From: Candidatus Thorarchaeota archaeon
GTDB lineage: Archaea > Asgardarchaeota > Thorarchaeia > Thorarchaeales > Thorarchaeaceae
DNA: 10,127 nucleotides
Assembly: GCA_048884965.1 (NCBI GenBank)
Contig: JBHLQH010000071.1
Span: 1 to 10,127, forward strand
Reading direction: 5' to 3'
Part shown: positions 7,177-10,127 of the stretch, one piece after another
How positions within the stretch are numbered: position 1 is the stretch's first letter
How the letters are laid out: the number at the start of each line of letters is the position of its first letter
Translations under genes and position numbers: made by a program
Notes under the pieces: generated by a model
What the model saw: only the letters and a program-made list of their open reading frames with translations
What the model was told of the DNA's origin: nothing
The model's database searches: none

Positions 7177-7749
7177 CTACTCCACAACTCGCAAGACAAC
7201 ATTTTCCTTGACATTTGTTTCAACGGTTTCCAGCTTTACATTCATTAAGGCTTCCAGATAACCTCGGATAAACGGCGCAGGGTAGAATGGACTACCAATC
7301 ACGATTAGGTCTTCCTTTAGCTTAATCTCACCCCACCCAGTTTCCTGCAGGAGACTAAGAATTGCTTTTCGGCTTTCCAGCTTCTTGGGATTCTTCCGGT
7401 ACTTGATGACAATGATATCTGCCTCGGGAGCTTGTTTGCCTGCTGTAATACCAAGCTCATACTGCTGATCAGGTGTCAGTGTCGAGAAGAATATCGATGA
7501 GATGGTCTCATAGGCCAATAGGACCCGAACATCATTGAAATAGATGCCACGATCAGTCCATTTATCGACATTGAGATCCAAATACTTACTAACTGCATCT
7601 TCAATTAATTGAGCTCTTGATCGAGCAACTCCTTCATCCACAAGATCATCGATTTTCTTCTTGATAGGTTGGCTAATTGTGACACTGATAATCTCCTTTG
7701 ATTCTTTCGAATCGCCCTTAGGACGACCAGCTGATTTTGTCTTCGACAT
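7177..7749 (-). CDS. Ribbon-helix-helix (CopG/MetJ) transcription regulator with V4R-like C-terminal domain
   Basis: IISVTISQPIKKKIDDLVDEGVARSRAQLIEDAVSKYL is a typical RHH. The C-terminus has GIYFNDVRVLL, YELGITAGK, GWG and FIRGYLEAL, the pattern of V4R-type domains. Confidence 0.75.
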   Translation of the reverse strand: MSKTKSAGRPKGDSKESKEIISVTISQPIKKKIDDLVDEGVARSRAQLIEDAVSKYLDLNVDKWTDRGIYFNDVRVLLAYETISSIFFSTLTPDQQYELGITAGKQAPEADIIVIKYRKNPKKLESRKAILSLLQETGWGEIKLKEDLIVIGSPFYPAPFIRGYLEALMNVKLETVETNVKENVVLRVVE

Positions 7750-7913
7750 CTATTTTTACTCCCAGTGAATACCTTTGATTGTAACCTCATATCTATTATT
7801 TTATTCTAACGGTTGCTAGTTATACTAATCATCTTATGTGTATAATGAATTTCTTTTGATAATAGCACAAAGATTAATCACGGTAGATATTGCTGTAAGG
7901 ATGGGTTTGACTT

Positions 7914-8180
7914 TTGACACATTGTGAACTTTGGCTTGAGATGAAAGGGAAATCATTCAGAGTCGCTTTGCTTGTTCCTGCTGAGATTGATATTGCTGAA
8001 GAGTATATAGAATGCGAAGACTATGAACATCCTAGCGGAAAAGGATTGTACGTCACTAAGTGGTATGATGGGATTCATGGTGCGCGTGATAAGATGGATG
8101 CCACAGCACAATTCTATAATGATAAAGGCGTGAAATTCCTTTTCTTCAGAGAGATCAGACAACCACTTTGTAAGAATTAA
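7914..8180 (+). CDS. Hypothetical protein, 88 aa
   Basis: TTG-start ORF that fills the gap between an AT-rich intergenic region and a terminator-like hairpin. It has globular-protein composition and no recognised motif. Confidence 0.65.
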   Translation: MTHCELWLEMKGKSFRVALLVPAEIDIAEEYIECEDYEHPSGKGLYVTKWYDGIHGARDKMDATAQFYNDKGVKFLFFREIRQPLCKN

Positions 8181-8209
8181 AAAATAGAGATAGAGGGGCA
8201 GTGCCCCTC
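8179..8209 (-). terminator. GC-rich hairpin plus T-tract downstream of the membrane protein gene
   Basis: Perfect inverted repeat GAGGGGCA-G-TGCCCCTC (8193-8209), 5 nt after the stop at 8215. It is followed on the - strand by TATCTCTATTTTTT and lies between convergent genes. Confidence 0.6.
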
Positions 8210-8214
8210 AATGC

Positions 8215-8895
8215 TTATGGTAGCGATGGTACATACGGTGTAGGCCACGGTAGTACAATGCCCAACCAGCTTTCATTTAGTCCTGGAATCATGACAAGAA
8301 TACCAACAGCAATTGCTGCAAGACCAATTATTACCAAGATTGGAGTTGATGAGAAGACCTTTCCAATCAAAGTAATGAGTCCTACTGCAAGTCCGAATAA
8401 CCCATAGAAGAATATGAAGAGGATTACTCCGATGACAGCCATCCATTTCAATGATGTGACCTGTGCGATGTATTCACCAACAACAGGCAGTGTGACATAT
8501 TGAATTAGGAATCCATAGAGGGTAAATGTCACGAAAATTGCTGCTGCTCCCGCGAAGATGAATGCCAAGGGAAACTTGCTCAGCACTCTCATCATAAGAG
8601 CGAATCCAGCAACTATCAGAACTCCAGCTACTACGAGCGCGGCTGGTTGAGTTTGCCAGACTACATATCCTACAAGAACATCCAGAATTCCTACAAAGAA
8701 TCCTAGGAACGTTCCAAGTTTCACAACCACATCGAAAATTGTACCTAGCAATGGAATCGGGTCTGTAATATTCTCTAAGAGCCATGCTGCCGCAAGGATA
8801 CCAGTAAATATCAGAACCCAGCCAACAACCACTTCGTTGGCGAACCACGCCATAATTTCACCGAGGGTCAAGTCAAATACGCCAAATTGAAGCAT
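8215..8895 (-). CDS. Uncharacterised multi-pass membrane protein
   Basis: Almost entirely hydrophobic, with roughly 6-7 TM segments by eye. Start reassigned to ATG 8895 (MLQFG), 6 nt after GAGGTG (SD); the ORF-track GTG at 8904 is part of that SD. A TTTATA box lies on the - strand at 8941-8946. Confidence 0.85.
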   Translation of the reverse strand: MLQFGVFDLTLGEIMAWFANEVVVGWVLIFTGILAAAWLLENITDPIPLLGTIFDVVVKLGTFLGFFVGILDVLVGYVVWQTQPAALVVAGVLIVAGFALMMRVLSKFPLAFIFAGAAAIFVTFTLYGFLIQYVTLPVVGEYIAQVTSLKWMAVIGVILFIFFYGLFGLAVGLITLIGKVFSSTPILVIIGLAAIAVGILVMIPGLNESWLGIVLPWPTPYVPSLP

Positions 8896-8960
8896 AGTAT
8901 ACACCTCGTGCTTACTGTAGCAGACAAGGGAATCCTGTCCTATAAACTATTCCTAGATTA

Positions 8961-10127
8961 TCAAAATCCCATAATCGAAGTCGAAAGCGCATATGATGTT
9001 AGATACAGAAGAAGACACAATAATGCCAGAATCCTCGCCCTTTTCCCATCCACCATTTTGACATTCTGATAACCCGAGGAAGCAGTTACAATGGAAAGTG
9101 TCAACACTAGAGGTAGAATGTCAGCAGATGTAATCGGAACTGTATCTCCTTGAGTACCATCAAAGAGGAACTGTCCAATATACAGAAACGGAGCTAGGGC
9201 AGATAGCAAGCCCAATACAATGGCACTTGTTATACTCAAGATATATACCTTAAGTTTCTGTGCAGCGATGATCGAGTCTCGTTCCTTCGCAACAGCTGAG
9301 CGCTTTACCAAACGGGCGGCGATGCGAGAAATGCGTTCTCCTGCATCCTTCGCAGACATCTCACACATTCGTTCGACCATTGATAGGAGACCTGCTGTTC
9401 GCTGCCCAAGCGCTCTTTCTTGAGCTAAAGACAGAGCGTCACGTGTACTTCCATTCTTCCAGTAGATTGATTCAATCGCGGGATCGATAATCGACTGTAC
9501 TTCAGGACCGATGTCATCTCTAACTTCAGGAAGAGCAACCTCTAATGTATCACCCAACCTCAGTCTTTCTCCTAGCAGAATCATGAAATTAAGAAACTCG
9601 TCATATTCTCGAATGATTTCATCTTGAGAGGGAGGATTAAGTCCAATCTTTTGAGGTCGATCAAAGTATGCTGAGAACGAATGTGAGAATCTGGAACGAA
9701 GAAGTGCATTGATTGCAATGAAGAGAGGTGCGATCAATAGAATGGCAAGGTTGTTTGCATACCCGGCAAGGGAAATGGCAAGCGTCATCATGATGGGGAG
9801 ATAGGTGACAAGCGCAGCCACAATCAGTAGCCGACTCTCCACTTCCAGATTCTTCTGCCTTAAGGATGTATCAGCCTCAAAGGATTCACCTGACAGCATT
9901 TCCAGAAGTTCGGTCTTCTGCTCTAAGGATGAAAGAATCGCCATGAGATACCTGCGAAGATCATCTGAAGGTTGATTTGCTGCAAAATCTGAAATGCATG
10001 CCTCAGGAGGAGTGCCAGCATTTATCCTATCAATCATTTTCTTGAATTGCGCAGAGAGAAGAGGGTGCCTGGAATTTGCGACCATCTCTATTGCATCAAA
10101 GATAGTTCCTCCAGATTGAAACACAAT
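8961..10127 (-). CDS. Type II secretion system F-domain membrane platform protein (TadB/TadC/PilC/ArlJ-like), 5' end off the window
   Basis: Two T2SSF-like repeats, QSGGTIFDAIEMVA...LSAQFKKMIDRINAGTPPEACISDFA and LRLGDTLEVAL...STRDAL, each followed by TM helices. The frame stays open past GTG 10124 to the window edge. Confidence 0.75.
   Translation of the reverse strand: MVFQSGGTIFDAIEMVANSRHPLLSAQFKKMIDRINAGTPPEACISDFAANQPSDDLRRYLMAILSSLEQKTELLEMLSGESFEADTSLRQKNLEVESRLLIVAALVTYLPIMMTLAISLAGYANNLAILLIAPLFIAINALLRSRFSHSFSAYFDRPQKIGLNPPSQDEIIREYDEFLNFMILLGERLRLGDTLEVALPEVRDDIGPEVQSIIDPAIESIYWKNGSTRDALSLAQERALGQRTAGLLSMVERMCEMSAKDAGERISRIAARLVKRSAVAKERDSIIAAQKLKVYILSITSAIVLGLLSALAPFLYIGQFLFDGTQGDTVPITSADILPLVLTLSIVTASSGYQNVKMVDGKRARILALLCLLLYLTSYALSTSIMGF

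Noticed and set aside
744-9423. Other short ORF-track entries (744, 1725, 2078, 2443, 3186, 3597, 3945, 4701, 5731, 6173, 7605, 7953, 8201, 8474, 8887, 9220)
   Set aside because: All overlap better-supported genes in another frame or strand and show no recognisable motifs.

Overview
Gene-dense archaeal chromosomal window. An Asgard archaeon is my inference from the eukaryote-like Rpo5, TATA boxes and GGTGA/GAGGTG-type SD motifs. Left to right: a divergently arranged nonulosonic (probably pseudaminic) acid cluster (partial PseB-like dehydratase and SpsF-type cytidylyltransferase on -, PseI on +); a TatD, HD hydrolase and CinA-N run; a CTP-dependent prenol/dolichol-kinase-family membrane protein; and an RNA polymerase subunit Rpo5/RpoH with a ~108-aa N-terminal domain resembling the eukaryotic RPB5 jaw, lying outside the usual rpoH-rpoB-rpoA operon. 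Next come a 40-aa standalone desulforedoxin missed by the ORF track, convergent AbrB-ACT and RHH-V4R putative regulators, a small orphan ORF, a multi-pass membrane protein, and a 5'-truncated type IV pilus/Tad platform protein with two T2SSF domains. No RNA genes, CRISPR arrays or mobile elements were recognised. All family calls come from motif recognition by eye, not database searches.
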